Assembly: GCA_964550035.1 (NCBI GenBank)
Contig: CAZJVU010000001.1
Span: 19,990 to 83,989 of the forward strand
Source: an uncultured Candidatus Saccharibacteria bacterium
Lineage (GTDB): Bacteria > Patescibacteriota > Saccharimonadia > Saccharimonadales > EFPC-124
Direction of reading: 5' to 3'
Length of the DNA: 64,000 nt
Shown: positions 17,653 to 29,451 of the stretch, piece by piece
How the letters are laid out: each line of letters opens with the position of its first letter
Numbering within the stretch: position 1 is the first letter of the stretch
The notes under the pieces: model-generated
Seen by the model: only the letters and a program-made list of their open reading frames with translations
Databases searched by the model: none
What the model was told of the DNA's origin: nothing
Program-made: the position numbers and the translations under genes

Positions 17653-20600
17653 TTATTGAATAACCTGATAGTACCACTTGTAAACAGTAGAACCGTTAAG
17701 GGAGGATGATGAAGTGGCGATAGAGAAGTTGGTTGTGGTTGCACTGCCACTGTCGACATATGATTTGACCGAAGCGGCATCCGCACTTGCGGGGGTGAGC
17801 GTGACTCGTGGGGTAGCGCCGAAAGCCTTATTGAAGCTGACGGTTGCGAGTTTGCCGTCTGCGGTACATCCTGCACCGGTTGTGAGTGTGATGAGCCCAG
17901 CAGTGTCGGTACCACTCACGCTGACGGACGAGCCGCTACAGGCGTCGGCGCCGAGGCTAACAGTTGGTGCTCCGCCACCGGAAATGATGTGACCATTCAC
18001 CGTTAGCTGTGTGGTGGTCAGATTGTCGGTTACGACCAGGTTCTTGATGGTTGCATTGCCGGTAATGTTGATGTCGCCAAATGTCGGGTTGTTTTGCAGG
18101 CTCTGACTTGGGTCGCTGTAGCCTAGGTTGACGAACAGCTCAATGGTGCCAGTACCACTGGCAAGACTGTCGAGTGCCGTACCGATTGTCGTACCAGCTC
18201 CAGTTGCTTTCATGGCGTAACCGGGCTTAGTGGCTGAAGCGGTTAACGGATCACCTGGTTTGATGGCGCCATTCTCGGCAGATACTTTGACCGGAACGTG
18301 ACCTTTCAGCGCGAGTGGTGCGCCAGTGGTATTGCCAGAAAGGATAACGCCTGGATTTGTCGATACAACACCAGCAAGCTTAGAGGTGTACGGTGTCGTC
18401 GTTTTCTCAAGCTTTCTGTCATCGGTAAAGGCAACGACATCGCCCGGCTCGACCGACTCAGCGGTTTCGTAATTTTCTGCAACGTCGGCTGGCGTGCCGA
18501 TGGTTGTCGAGCCGTCGGTGAATATGTTTCCATTGGCTTGGACTTTGAACTTAAGGTTGGCAGTACCGCCGACGTCAGAGTAGAGGTCAAGCAAGTCGGC
18601 CGTTGTCGAGGAGGTTTGGCGGTAAGCCCCGATCGGGATGGCTGTATCGGTAATGCTGAGCGAGTATGACGAGCTATACGTACCAGTTCCGACGAGCATC
18701 CTCGTTGCCTTGGCCACATTATTGCTTGAGTCGACAGAGAACACAGAGGAGCCGGCAAGATTCTGTACCTGGAAGGCGGTTAGGCTGTTAAAGCGTGGTT
18801 TCACGGTTACTTCATTGTTGGAGTTGATGCTTATGGCGCCCGCTGTCGCACTTGGGCTCGAGACGGTATCATACACTCCATAGACACTGAAAGCGTCAGT
18901 GCCTGTGCTTGTCGCGCTGAAGCTACTTGGGAAGTTGCTGCCGTAGGTCATATTTACAAAGGCGCTGTTTGTCTCACCGGTGTTGACGCCGTAGTTTGTG
19001 CCTGAGCCATCGATATTGAAGGCGAGCCAGTAGTTGGTATTGGCTGCCAGCGAGACGCTCGTGCCTAAGGAGAGCGTGTTCCAGCCTACTGTGACGACGG
19101 TCGATGACGCAGTAGCGCTCGAGAGGAGTGTTCCTGGCGTGCCGCTCGAGTCGGAGTAGATCGCAACCTTTGCGTGGTTACTTGGCGAGGCTTGGACGAA
19201 TTCGAAGTAGGCTTTGAGCGAACTCAAGGTGCCACCTGAGCCGGAGTTGAACTTGGAAGCGCTGATCTGGCCGTTGTTGCCGCTGTCGGTTGTGTCGCCA
19301 CTGCTGGCATTACCGATGACGTTGGCGCCACCGAGTTTGAGCGTATTGTCGGTTGCATCGACCCGGAGCGTGTATTGGTCGCTTACGCTCGAGTTACCTA
19401 CGACGAGTGCACCACTGAATTTGGTGGTGTTCAGGAATGCTGCTGTGCCCGCCACCGACAAGGTGTCGCCCATAGTAACAGATTGGGCAAAGGTAGCCTT
19501 GTCTTGAACGTTGAGGGAGCCAACGATGTTGGTATTGCCGGCAGTCAGCATGCCACCGGTATTGCCTTCGGTCTCATTTGCGTTTGCGCCACCATAGGTA
19601 GTGAGGTCGAGCCCGCCGCCAATCTTTACGCGCGGCGTGCTCGTGTAATAGACCGAATTTCGAACGGTGCCACCACCATCAACCGCGTTGCTACCACCGA
19701 TGACGTAGAAGTATCCGTTTGCTTGCGCCATGCCAGCTTCACCGACTTGTCCGCCGGGGAAAGTAGTGAGTGGTTGAGCCGTCCCAGGGGCGCCGTTTGT
19801 GCCAGTAAGCGGGAAGGCGGTTACGCGACTGCCAGCATCACCACCGACTGCATAGAGATAGCCGTTGGCAACGTATGTTTCGAAGTTTTCATCGCCACCA
19901 CCCGGAACTACACCTGATGAAGTTGTAGCCCAGGTGCCAAGCGTGCCGCTGCTGGCAATCTTGGAGTAGCTAATGCTGTCGGCATCTGAGCCGCCCACAA
20001 AGCCACCTACCAGGTAGACATAGCCATTCGCAACGATTGCATTGACATTTGCGGTCGTGCTGGAGAGCGCTGTGTTGGTTGTCCATGAGCCGCTGCCAAG
20101 TGTGCCATCGGCGTTTACCTTTGCCGAATAAACGGTGGTCTGAGCTGTCGGTGTGGCGTTGAAGCCACCGATGACGTAGATGTAGCCATTGTAGTAGACG
20201 GTACCGCTTCCGAAACGGGGACTCGGCAGTGGTAAGCCGGTGCTCCATGTGCCAATGCTGCCATCAGCATTTAGCTTAGCGTAGTAGGAGGCTGACGAGG
20301 CGGCGTTGCTGTTGTCGCGACCACCGATCACGTAGATGTAGCCGTTTGCGACAACCGGCTGGAACTGGCGAAGGGAGTTTGGCAATGCATTGCTGTTTGT
20401 CGTCCAGCTGCTCAGCGTACCATCGGCGTTCTGCTTGGCGTATTGGACGGTTGCGACCGTTGCGCCGTTGCTGTCGACGCCACCCAGCTGGTAGATATAG
20501 CCGTTTGCTGCGATTGCGCCCCCGCGGACACGAGGCGTGCTGCTGCTTGTGCCGGGCGCACTGAGGGCGCTCGTGGTTGTCCAGGTGCTGAGCGCTGAGC

Positions 20601-23600
20601 TGTTGTTGCCAAGGAGCGAAATGGTATTTCCGCTTGTGTCGACGGTCAGCAGGCTTTGCGAGCTGCTGTTTTGAACCTGGAAGGCGGTGGCGCTATCGAC
20701 TTTGACCGTTGCGGTGCCGTTCACGGCCAGCCCGCCAGCGGTGACGGTGCTTGCTACGGCGAGTGTCCCGGTGAAGTTGGCCGCGCTGCTGATGGTCTGG
20801 CCATTAACGGTGCCGGCGGCTGTGACATTGCCTGCTGGGTTGACGCTGAACTTACTGGAGCCATTGAGCTGGAGGTCGATTAAGTTTCCTGTGCCGCTAG
20901 CATTCGTGTTGTTGACGGTCAGCATTGCGGCAGATGCTTGGCTGGAAGTGAGCGTCAGCTGGCCGAAGGTTGGCGCAGCAGTTGTGTTGATGTTCTGGAT
21001 GGTATTGATGGTGCCGGATGAAGCGCTGAAGTTTGTGTTGTTGAACTGCGCAATACCCTTCTGACTCGTCGATGCGTCGTTGATGGTGATGGTGCTTCCT
21101 GCGGTGCCTGCGTTCGCAAGCGTGAGTGCGCCGGTCAGGCTGTTGAGGCTGGTGACGCCAGAGCCGGTTGTGGCACAGGTTGGGCAGGTGAGATTTCCGC
21201 TGGCGTCGAGTGCGAGCGGCCCTGAAGCCGACACGGCAACTGTTCCTGAAGCATTTGGAATGGTGATGGTCTTGTTGGCACTCGACGGTGTAGCGAATGT
21301 CAGGGTGTTGGTGATGCCGCCCGATGTGCTTGTGAGGCTGACGCTTGCGCCTTGGAGCGTGAGATTCTGGGCGGTCGCGCCGACGGTCATTGCAGCGCTT
21401 GGCGTGATGGTATTAACGGCAAGCGTACCGCCGATAGTGACGGTTGAGCCGTTATCGGTGATGATAGAGTCGCCGATCGCCTGGCTGCCTGTGAATTTGG
21501 CGATCTTGTTCGTGGTGCCTCCGGCGGTCGTGACGCCACCGCCCACGCCTGCGCAGTTGCCAGCGGTTGTGCAGATGTCGTACGTGCCCGCTGCGGTTGT
21601 CAGGAGGCGGTACGTGACGCTGGCGGTTGGATTCTGGAAGGCCAGGCTTGTCGTGTTGGCGCCGTTTGTCGCGCTGATGGTACTGCTGGCATTGCCTTGG
21701 AGCGTGTAGCTTTGGTTTGTGGCGCCGACAGTGAGGGATGAGTTTGGCGTGATGGTGTTGGCGGTTAATGTGCCCGTAACGGTCGCGCCGCCGTTGAGGC
21801 TGGCGGTACTTGCGACCGTCAGGCTACCGGTGAAGTTCGCACTACTGCTAATGGTCTGGCCATTGACCGTGCCGCTGAGTGTCAGCGCGCCGGCCGGCGA
21901 GACGGCGAATTTGCTCGAGCCATTGAGCTGCAGATCTACTAAGTTGCCTGTTGCGCTGGCGTTTGTATTGTTGACGGTCAGCATCGCTGCAGTTGCCTGG
22001 TTGGACGTGAGCGTCAGCTGGCCGAACGTTGGGGCGGCTGAAGTGTTGATGTTCTGGACGGTGTTGACGATGCCAGTGCTGACGCTAAAGTTCGTGCCAT
22101 TGAACTGCGAGATGCCCTTCTGACTGGTCGATGCGTCGTCGATGGTTATGATGCTGCCGCTGCCACTTGCGTTGGCGATGGTTAGGGCACCGGTCAGGCT
22201 GTTCAGGGAGCTGACGTTTGCGCCGGTTGAGCAGGTTGGGCACGAAATATTGCCGCTGGAATCGATGGCGAGCGGGCCACTGGCGCTGACGACGAGTGTG
22301 CCAGAAGCATTTGGAATGGTAATTGTCTTGTTGCTGCCGCTCGGCGTGGCAAATGCCAGTGTGTTGGTGATGCCGGAAGCAGTGCTCGTCATGTTGACGC
22401 TTGCGCCTTGGAGTGTCAGGTTCTGAGAGGTCGAACCGACGGTGAGCGCGGCCGTTGGCGTCAGCGTATTGACTGCCAGCGTACCGCCGATGGTGACCGT
22501 GCTGCCGTTGTCGGTGATGATCGAATCAGCGATCGACTGACTGCCGCTAAATTTCGCCAGCTTGTTCGTCGTACCGCCAGGTGTCGTGACGCCACCGCCC
22601 ACGCCCGCGCAGTTGCCGGCGGTCGTACAAACGTCGTACGTTCCGGCCGCCGCGGTCAAGAAGCGGTAGGTAACATTCGCGGTTGGTGCTTGGAAGGCCA
22701 AGCTCGTCGTGTTGGCGCCGCTCGTTGCCGTGATAGTGCTGGTGGCGCTGCCTTGGAGGAGGAAGCTCTGGCCGGTCGCCCCGACGGTCAGTGAGCTGCT
22801 CGGCGTGATAGTGTTGGCCGTAAGCGTCCCGGCAACTGTTGCGCCACCATTGAGGTTTGCCGCACCGGCGACTGTCAGGCTACCAGTGAAGTTAGCGGCG
22901 CTGCCGATTGTCTGGCCATTGACGGTACCAACCAGCGTCATATTGCCGGCGGGGTTGACTGACATCTTGCTGGTACCGTTCAGCTGCAAGTCAATCAAGT
23001 TGCCCGTGCCACTGGAGTTGGTGTTGTTGATGAGCAGCATGGCACTGCTAGCCTGGCTACTCGTGACGGTCAAGCGACCAAATGTTGGGGCCGAGCTGAC
23101 CGCAATATCTTGGATAGTGTTGACCACACCGCTGCTGACGCTGAAGTTGGTGCTGTTGAATTGGGCCAGACCTTTCTGAGACGTCGATGCGTCGTTGATG
23201 GTGATGGTCGAGCCCGCGCCGCTCGAATTGGCGATTGTGATCGCGCCGGTCAAGCCGTCGACGCTATCGACCGCGGCCACACCGCCGCCACCGCCACCGC
23301 TGGTGACGCAGGTTGGGCAGGTCAAGTTTCCGCTGGCGTCGAGCACGAGCGGACCAGATGCCGACACAGCGAGCGTGCCAGACGCGTTCGGTACGGTGAC
23401 CATTTTGCTGCTGCCGCTTGGCGTGGCGAAGACGATGCTGTTGGTGATGCCACCCGATGTGCTTGTGAGGCTGACGCTTGCGCCTTGGAGTGTGAGGTTC
23501 TGAGCCGTAGAGCCGACGGTCATTGCGGCGCTTGGCGCGATCGTATTGACCGCCAGGCCGCCGCCGATAGTGACCGTGCTGCCATTGTCGGTGATGATGG

Positions 23601-26600
23601 AGTTCGCGATCGTGCCAGTGCCAGTGAACTTGGCGATTGTACCAGCGGTACCGCCAGGCGTTGTAACGCCGCCACCGATGCCCGTACAGTTGCCGACGCT
23701 CGTACAGATGTCGTAGGTGCCAGCAGTTGCGGTGAGGAGTCGGTAGGTAACGCTGGCGGTTGGATTCTGGAAGGCGAGCGTGGTGCTGCTAGCACCAGAT
23801 GTTGCGCTGATGGTGCTACTGGCGTTGCCCTGCAAGGTGAAGCTTTGACTTGTGGCACCGACGGTCAATGCGCCGGTCGGCGTGATGGTGTTGGCGGTGA
23901 GTGTGCCCGTAACGGTCGCGCCGCCGTTGAGGTTGGCCGCACCGGCAACGGCAAGCGTACCGGTGAAGTTGGCGGCGCTGCTGATCGTCTGGCCGTTAAT
24001 GGTTCCACTGAGCGTCAGCGCACCAGACGGTGCAACGGCAAATTTGCTCGTCCCAGCGAGCTGCAGGTCGAGCAGATTCCCAGACGCACCTGAGTTGGTA
24101 TTGTTTACCGTGAGCATTGCGGCGGTCGGCTGACTGGACGTGAGTGTCAGCTGGCCGAACGTTGGAGCGGCGGTGCTGTTGATGTTTTGGACGGTGTTGA
24201 CAATGCCGCCGGCCGAGGTGAAGTTCGTACCGTTGAACTGCGCAATACCCTTCTGGCTGGTCGATGCGTCGTTGACGGTGATGACGCCGCCCGCACCGCT
24301 CGAATTGGCGATGGTGATCGCGCCGGTCAAGCCGTCCAAGCTGGTCACCGCCGTGCTACTCGTGATGCACGTTGGGCAGGTCAAGTTACCGCTGGCATCG
24401 AGCACGAGTGGACCGCTGGCGCTGACCGCGAGGGTGCCGTTGGCATTAGGAATGGTGATGGCTTTGTTGCTGCCACTTGGTGTCGCGAAGATGAGCGAGT
24501 TTGTCGAAGCGCCGTTGGTGCTCGTCATGGTGACGGTGGCGCCTTGCAGGGTCAGATCTTGGCCGACGGCACCGATGGTCATGCTGGCGCTTGGCGTGAT
24601 CGTGTTGACCGCTAACCCGCCGCCGATCGTCACGACACTACCGTTATCGGTGATGATAGAGTCGCTGATTGTGTTACCGCCGCTGAATTTAGCGATCTTG
24701 TTGATTGTGCCGCCAGGTGTCGTGACGCCACCGCCAATACCGACGCAGTTACCGGCCGTCGTACAGACATCGTAGGTGCCGGCCGCGGCAGTGAGGAATC
24801 GATACATTACATCAGCGGTTGGCGTCTGGAAGGCAAGTGTTGTGCTGCTGCCACCGTTGGTGCTTGTGATGGTGCTGCTGGCATTACCCTGCAGGAGGAA
24901 GCTCTGGCTGGTGACGCCGACCGTCAGTGCGCCGCTTGGCGTGATCGTATTGGCGTTCAATGTGCCGGCCACTGTCGCGCCACCATTAAAGTTGGCTGCG
25001 CCTGCAACGGCGAGTGTGCCAGTGAGATTGGCGGCACTACTGATCGTTTGGCCGTTGACTGTGCCGCTCAGTGTCAGCGCTCCAGCTGGGTTGACCGCGA
25101 AGCGACTATTGCCGGTGAGCTGCAGGTCGAGCAAGTTGCCGGTCGCGCTCCCATTGGTATTGTTGACAGTCACCATATTGGCAGTTGCCTGAGCTGACGT
25201 GAGCGTCAGCTGGCCGAATGTTGGAGCCGCTGTTGCATCGATGTTCTGAACGGTGTTGATAGTGCCGCTGGTGGAGGTGAAGTTGGTCGCGTTGAATTGC
25301 GCAATACCTTTTTGACTGGTCGATGCGTCGTTGATAGTGATAGTGCTGCCCGACGCGCCCGCATTGGCAATAGTGAGCGAACCCGTCAGACCATTCAGAC
25401 TGCTAACACTGCCGCCTCCACCACCGCCAGTACAGCCGCTGATGTCGCAGATGACCGTGCCGCCGATGCGGTAGCTGTGGCCCGCGGTGATGTTAATATC
25501 GCCGTTGACCTCGAGTGGGTAGGCAGGGATGGTCGATTCGTTGATGGCGACGTGGTTGCTATTTGCTGCATTCAGGAAGATGGTACCCGTGCCGCCGGCG
25601 TCCAGCCAGAGGTTGTTCGAACCGCCATCGACGTGCAGGTTGCCGTCGTTGTAGATCTGCCCGATGACGCTGTTGGTTGTGCTGCTGAGGCTGATTGTGC
25701 TGGTGGGGCCATCATTCAGACTGAGTGTGCCACCCACAGCCAGGCCGCCGTTGATCGCAACATCGGTTGCGGTTTGGCTGAGGAGCGAATCGGCGAGCTG
25801 GTTTGTGCCACTGAACACCGCAATACGTCCGGCGGTTCCGCCCGATGACTGGACGTTGTTGGCGCTCGTTGGTGACTCGCCAAGCGTGATGTTGCCGCTG
25901 CCGTCATCGCTGACGGTCAGGTTGGTGCTGGCCGATGTGATGCTGATGATGCCAGTGTTGGTCAGTTGGCTGCCGTTCAGGCTCAAGCCGCCGCCAAGGG
26001 TGAGCGAGCCCGAAACGCCATTGATGCTCGTGACGGTTTGCGGATTGTTGGTGAGCGATACGAAACCACTGCCGTTATAGTAGTTCAGCTGGTTCGTCTC
26101 GCGGTCATAGTACATCTGACCGGCAACGCCGTTTTGTGGTTTTGCCGTTGGCGAAAGGACGAATGAGCTATTGACCTTTAGCTGTCCGTTGACGCTCAAT
26201 GTCCGTGACGGGTCGGTGCTGAGCTGGCCAGCAAGTGAGAGCTCGCCAAGGGGAATATTGAGGGTGTTGAACTGGCCGGCCGAGATGGCTTTGTCGGCCG
26301 AGCGCAGAGACGCATGGCTGACCAGTCGCATTGTGACGATCGCGCCGCCAACTAGGATTGCTAATATAATTGCGCCGACGAGAATCCACCGAGGCTTCAC
26401 GCGCCAGCCACGAAGTGGGCGTGCTGGCGACGTGGGAACCTGCTGCGGTGGGGTTTGGGGAGACTCGAGAGACGGTGTTGGCGATGCAGGAATAGGGGTG
26501 GGTGATGCTGGCGACTGTGCCGGTCGCTGGACATCAAAAGGCGTCGAAACGAGATCGCTCCGACTGCTAACATTTGGCACACCCCTAGTGTTTTGAGTTT

Positions 26601-26610
26601 CGTTTTCCAC
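17653..26610 (-). CDS. Giant (2,985 aa) membrane-anchored surface protein: tail-fibre-like repeats, Kelch propeller and C-terminal lectin-like modules
   Basis: Single uninterrupted ORF from a GTG start. It has a Pro-rich cytoplasmic N-terminus, one TM span (WILVGAIILAILVGGAIVTMRLV), and 5 repeats carrying ASTSQKG(I/L)(A/S)QF and CPTC. There are six ANGY(I/V/L/F)Y..GG Kelch-like blades. The tail contains DVAENYETAESVEPGDVVAF. Confidence 0.9.
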   Translation of the reverse strand: MENETQNTRGVPNVSSRSDLVSTPFDVQRPAQSPASPTPIPASPTPSLESPQTPPQQVPTSPARPLRGWRVKPRWILVGAIILAILVGGAIVTMRLVSHASLRSADKAISAGQFNTLNIPLGELSLAGQLSTDPSRTLSVNGQLKVNSSFVLSPTAKPQNGVAGQMYYDRETNQLNYYNGSGFVSLTNNPQTVTSINGVSGSLTLGGGLSLNGSQLTNTGIISITSASTNLTVSDDGSGNITLGESPTSANNVQSSGGTAGRIAVFSGTNQLADSLLSQTATDVAINGGLAVGGTLSLNDGPTSTISLSSTTNSVIGQIYNDGNLHVDGGSNNLWLDAGGTGTIFLNAANSNHVAINESTIPAYPLEVNGDINITAGHSYRIGGTVICDISGCTGGGGGGSVSSLNGLTGSLTIANAGASGSTITINDASTSQKGIAQFNATNFTSTSGTINTVQNIDATAAPTFGQLTLTSAQATANMVTVNNTNGSATGNLLDLQLTGNSRFAVNPAGALTLSGTVNGQTISSAANLTGTLAVAGAANFNGGATVAGTLNANTITPSGALTVGVTSQSFLLQGNASSTITSTNGGSSTTLAFQTPTADVMYRFLTAAAGTYDVCTTAGNCVGIGGGVTTPGGTINKIAKFSGGNTISDSIITDNGSVVTIGGGLAVNTITPSASMTIGAVGQDLTLQGATVTMTSTNGASTNSLIFATPSGSNKAITIPNANGTLAVSASGPLVLDASGNLTCPTCITSSTAVTSLDGLTGAITIANSSGAGGVITVNDASTSQKGIAQFNGTNFTSAGGIVNTVQNINSTAAPTFGQLTLTSSQPTAAMLTVNNTNSGASGNLLDLQLAGTSKFAVAPSGALTLSGTINGQTISSAANFTGTLAVAGAANLNGGATVTGTLTANTITPTGALTVGATSQSFTLQGNASSTISATSGASSTTLAFQNPTASVTYRLLTATAGTYDICTSVGNCTGIGGGVTTPGGTAGTIAKFTGTGTIANSIITDNGSTVTIGGGLAVNTIAPSAAMTVGSTAQNLTLQGASVSLTSTSGGITNSIVFATPSGSSKMVTVPNASGTLAVSASGPLVLDASGNLTCPTCVTSGGGGGGVAAVDSVDGLTGAITIANSSGAGSTITINDASTSQKGLAQFNSTNFSVSSGVVNTIQDIAVSSAPTFGRLTVTSSQASSAMLLINNTNSSGTGNLIDLQLNGTSKMSVNPAGNMTLVGTVNGQTIGSAANFTGSLTVAGAANLNGGATVAGTLTANTITPSSSLTVGATGQSFLLQGSATSTITATSGANTTSLAFQAPTANVTYRFLTAAAGTYDVCTTAGNCAGVGGGVTTPGGTTNKLAKFSGSQSIADSIITDNGSTVTIGGTLAVNTLTPTAALTVGSTSQNLTLQGASVNMTSTASGITNTLAFATPSGSNKTITIPNASGTLVVSASGPLAIDSSGNISCPTCSTGANVSSLNSLTGALTIANASGSGSIITIDDASTSQKGISQFNGTNFSVSTGIVNTVQNINTSAAPTFGQLTLTSNQATAAMLTVNNTNASATGNLVDLQLNGSSKFAVSPAGALTLSGTVNGQTISSSANFTGSLTVASTASLNGGATVTGTLTANTITPNSSLTVGATNQSYTLQGNASSTISATNGANTTSLAFQNPTASVTYRLLTTAAGTYDICTTAGNCAGVGGGVTTAGGTTNKIAKFTGSQAIGDSIITDNGSTVTIGGTLAVNTITPSAAMTVGATAQNLTLQGASVSLTSTSGGITNTLTFATPSSANKTITIPNASGTVAVSASGPLALDASGNLTCPTCATTGSGVTSLNSLTGALTLANAGTAGSTITINDASTSQKGIAQFNNTNFSASSGTINTIQNINTTAAPTFGQLTLTSSQASAAMLTVNNTNASGTGNLIDLQLNGSSKFSVNPAGNVTAAGTVNGQTISSAANFTGTLAVASTVTAGGLAVNGTATVKVDSATAFQVQNSSSQSLLTVDTSGNTISLLGNNSSALSTWTTTSALSAPGTSSSTPRVRGGAIAANGYIYQLGGVDSNGATVATVQYAKQNADGTLSSWTTNSNALPNSLRQFQPVVANGYIYVIGGRDNSNAASSASYYAKLNADGSIGTWSTGLPLPSPRFGSGTVYYNGYIYVIGGFNATPTAQTTVYSAKVNADGTLGSGSWTTNTALSSTTANVNAIVANGYVYLVGGFVGGSDADSISYSKIASSGTLGTWATTSSGVVPGGGDENFETYVANGYLYAVGGDAGSRVTAFPLTGTNGAPGTAQPLTTFPGGQVGEAGMAQANGYFYVIGGSNAVDGGGTVRNSVYYTSTPRVKIGGGLDLTTYGGANANETEGNTGGMLTAGNTNIVGSLNVQDKATFAQSVTMGDTLSVAGTAAFLNTTKFSGALVVGNSSVSDQYTLRVDATDNTLKLGGANVIGNASSGDTTDSGNNGQISASKFNSGSGGTLSSLKAYFEFVQASPSNHAKVAIYSDSSGTPGTLLSSATASSTVVTVGWNTLSLGTSVSLAANTNYWLAFNIDGSGTNYGVNTGETNSAFVNMTYGSNFPSSFSATSTGTDAFSVYGVYDTVSSPSATAGAISINSNNEVTVKPRFNSLTAFQVQNLAGSSVFSVDSSNNVAKATRMLVGTGTYSSSYSLSITDTAIPIGAYRQTSSTTADLLDLYSDVGGTANLKFKVQANGNIFTDGSTTIGTPADVAENYETAESVEPGDVVAFTDDRKLEKTTTPYTSKLAGVVSTNPGVILSGNTTGAPLALKGHVPVKVSAENGAIKPGDPLTASATKPGYAMKATGAGTTIGTALDSLASGTGTIELFVNLGYSDPSQSLQNNPTFGDINITGNATIKNLVVTDNLTTTQLTVNGHIISGGGAPTVSLGADACSGSSVSVSGTDTAGLITLTTGAGCTADGKLATVSFNKAFGATPRVTLTPASADAASVKSYVDSGSATTTNFSIATSSSSLNGSTVYKWYYQVIQ
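20650..25450 (-). repeat. About 4.5 tandem copies of a ~1.06-kb in-frame coding repeat inside the giant gene
   Basis: The marker TCGATGCGTCGT recurs at 21069, 22128, 23184, 24261 and 25320, giving periods of 1059, 1056, 1077 and 1059 bp. Shadow ORFs in the track (21080, 22142, 23195, 24140) repeat with the same period. Boundaries are approximate. Confidence 0.85.
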
Positions 26611-26710
26611 CTATTTGTTTTGAAACATTTTGTGTTTCTATAGTCTCTCACTAACTAATATACTGCTTACGGTTTGGGAAGGCAAGCTATCTTTTAGCCT
26701 TTTACGAGGC

Positions 26711-26839
26711 TCACGTCAGCCGGCTTTTCGCTCACCATCACTCCCTCCGAGGCTTGGGACTACGAGCTAAATGCTCTTCGCCGCCAGGCTAGGTTTAACC
26801 GTCGGGAGGTGAATGGTGAGCGAGCGCCGGCTGACGAGA
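26711..26839 (-). other. Long imperfect inverted repeat (candidate structured RNA/leader element) between atpC and the giant gene
   Basis: The arms pair in three blocks: 26744-26749/26803-26809 (6 bp with one bulge), 26728-26738/26813-26823 (11 bp perfect) and 26714-26724/26826-26836 (11 bp perfect). The apical region is 53 nt. Confidence 0.5.
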
Positions 26840-26952
26840 AGACAATAGACCTTGAGCGGTGTCAGCAAGCCGAAGGCCAAATCAATAAAATGGGGTGGCG
26901 CGGCGCGGGGCAGCTCCCAGGTTTTTGCCCGCAGGATTTTTAATCCGAGGAC

Positions 26953-26985
26953 AAAAAATAGGGGCGGACGCCGTGACAGGACCCC
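26953..26985 (-). terminator. Possible atpC terminator
   Basis: Minus strand reads GGGGTCCTGTCACGGCGTCCGCCCC followed by TATTTTTTGT, just after the atpC stop. The stem is imperfect. Confidence 0.4.
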
Positions 26986-26993
26986 TTCCATAT

Positions 26994-27277
26994 CTATTTA
27001 CCCGCAGCAAATGCCGTATCGATATCAATAAAAAGCGTCACTTCGTTATTCTTCACCTTCACGATCCCATGCTGAATAGGGAAACTTAACATCTGATAAC
27101 CGGTGTTGACCACAATATCTCCCTCGGTCAGAAGCGAGAAAAAGTTGGCATGGTCAGCCAGTATATCGAATGGCCCAACCTTATTGGTGGCCGACACGGC
27201 CAGCGCTGGCCCATCGTAGAGTGTCTGGGTCGGCGAGAGCACGCGGGCGCGGAGTCGAGGTTCGCCTTTGAGCTTCA

Positions 27278-27278
<1 letters not shown>
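26994..27278 (-). CDS. atpC: F1 ATP synthase epsilon subunit (short form, beta-sandwich only)
   Basis: 94 aa. Positioned directly after atpD with an ATGA-type overlap. LRARVLSPTQTLYDGPA...VKVKNNEVTLFID fits the epsilon N-terminal domain. No C-terminal helical hairpin. Confidence 0.75.

Positions 27279-29447
<2,169 letters not shown>

Positions 29448-29451
<4 letters not shown>

Noticed and set aside
20650-25450. A possible CRISPR array or non-coding satellite, given the strong periodic repeats. I also asked whether the tail-fibre-like motifs mark a prophage.
   Set aside because: The repeat units are about 1.06 kb, in-frame and translated as part of one ORF, with no short repeat-spacer structure. 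No capsid, terminase, portal, integrase or lysis genes occur anywhere in the window.
17714-26596. Dozens of 60-330-aa ORFs on the + strand (and in other minus frames) across 17.7-26.6 kb, several recurring with about 1.06-kb periodicity.
   Set aside because: They are shadow ORFs of the single 8,958-nt minus-strand reading frame. Their periodicity just mirrors the coding repeats of the giant gene, their sequences are low-complexity (Val/Ala/Pro/Leu runs), and they have no start signals.
26640-26993. I considered tmRNA, RNase P RNA, SRP RNA or 6S RNA for the structured atpC/giant-gene spacer, and also the 74-aa ORF 26767-26991.
   Set aside because: The spacer has no tRNA-like acceptor/T-arm with a CCA end and no plausible tag reading frame. 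It lacks the GGAAAGTCC and ACAGAA..CCGGCTTA RNase P blocks and the SRP GGAA/AGCAG domain IV. The ORF crosses a terminator-like hairpin and the inverted repeat. I kept it only as an unclassified structured element.
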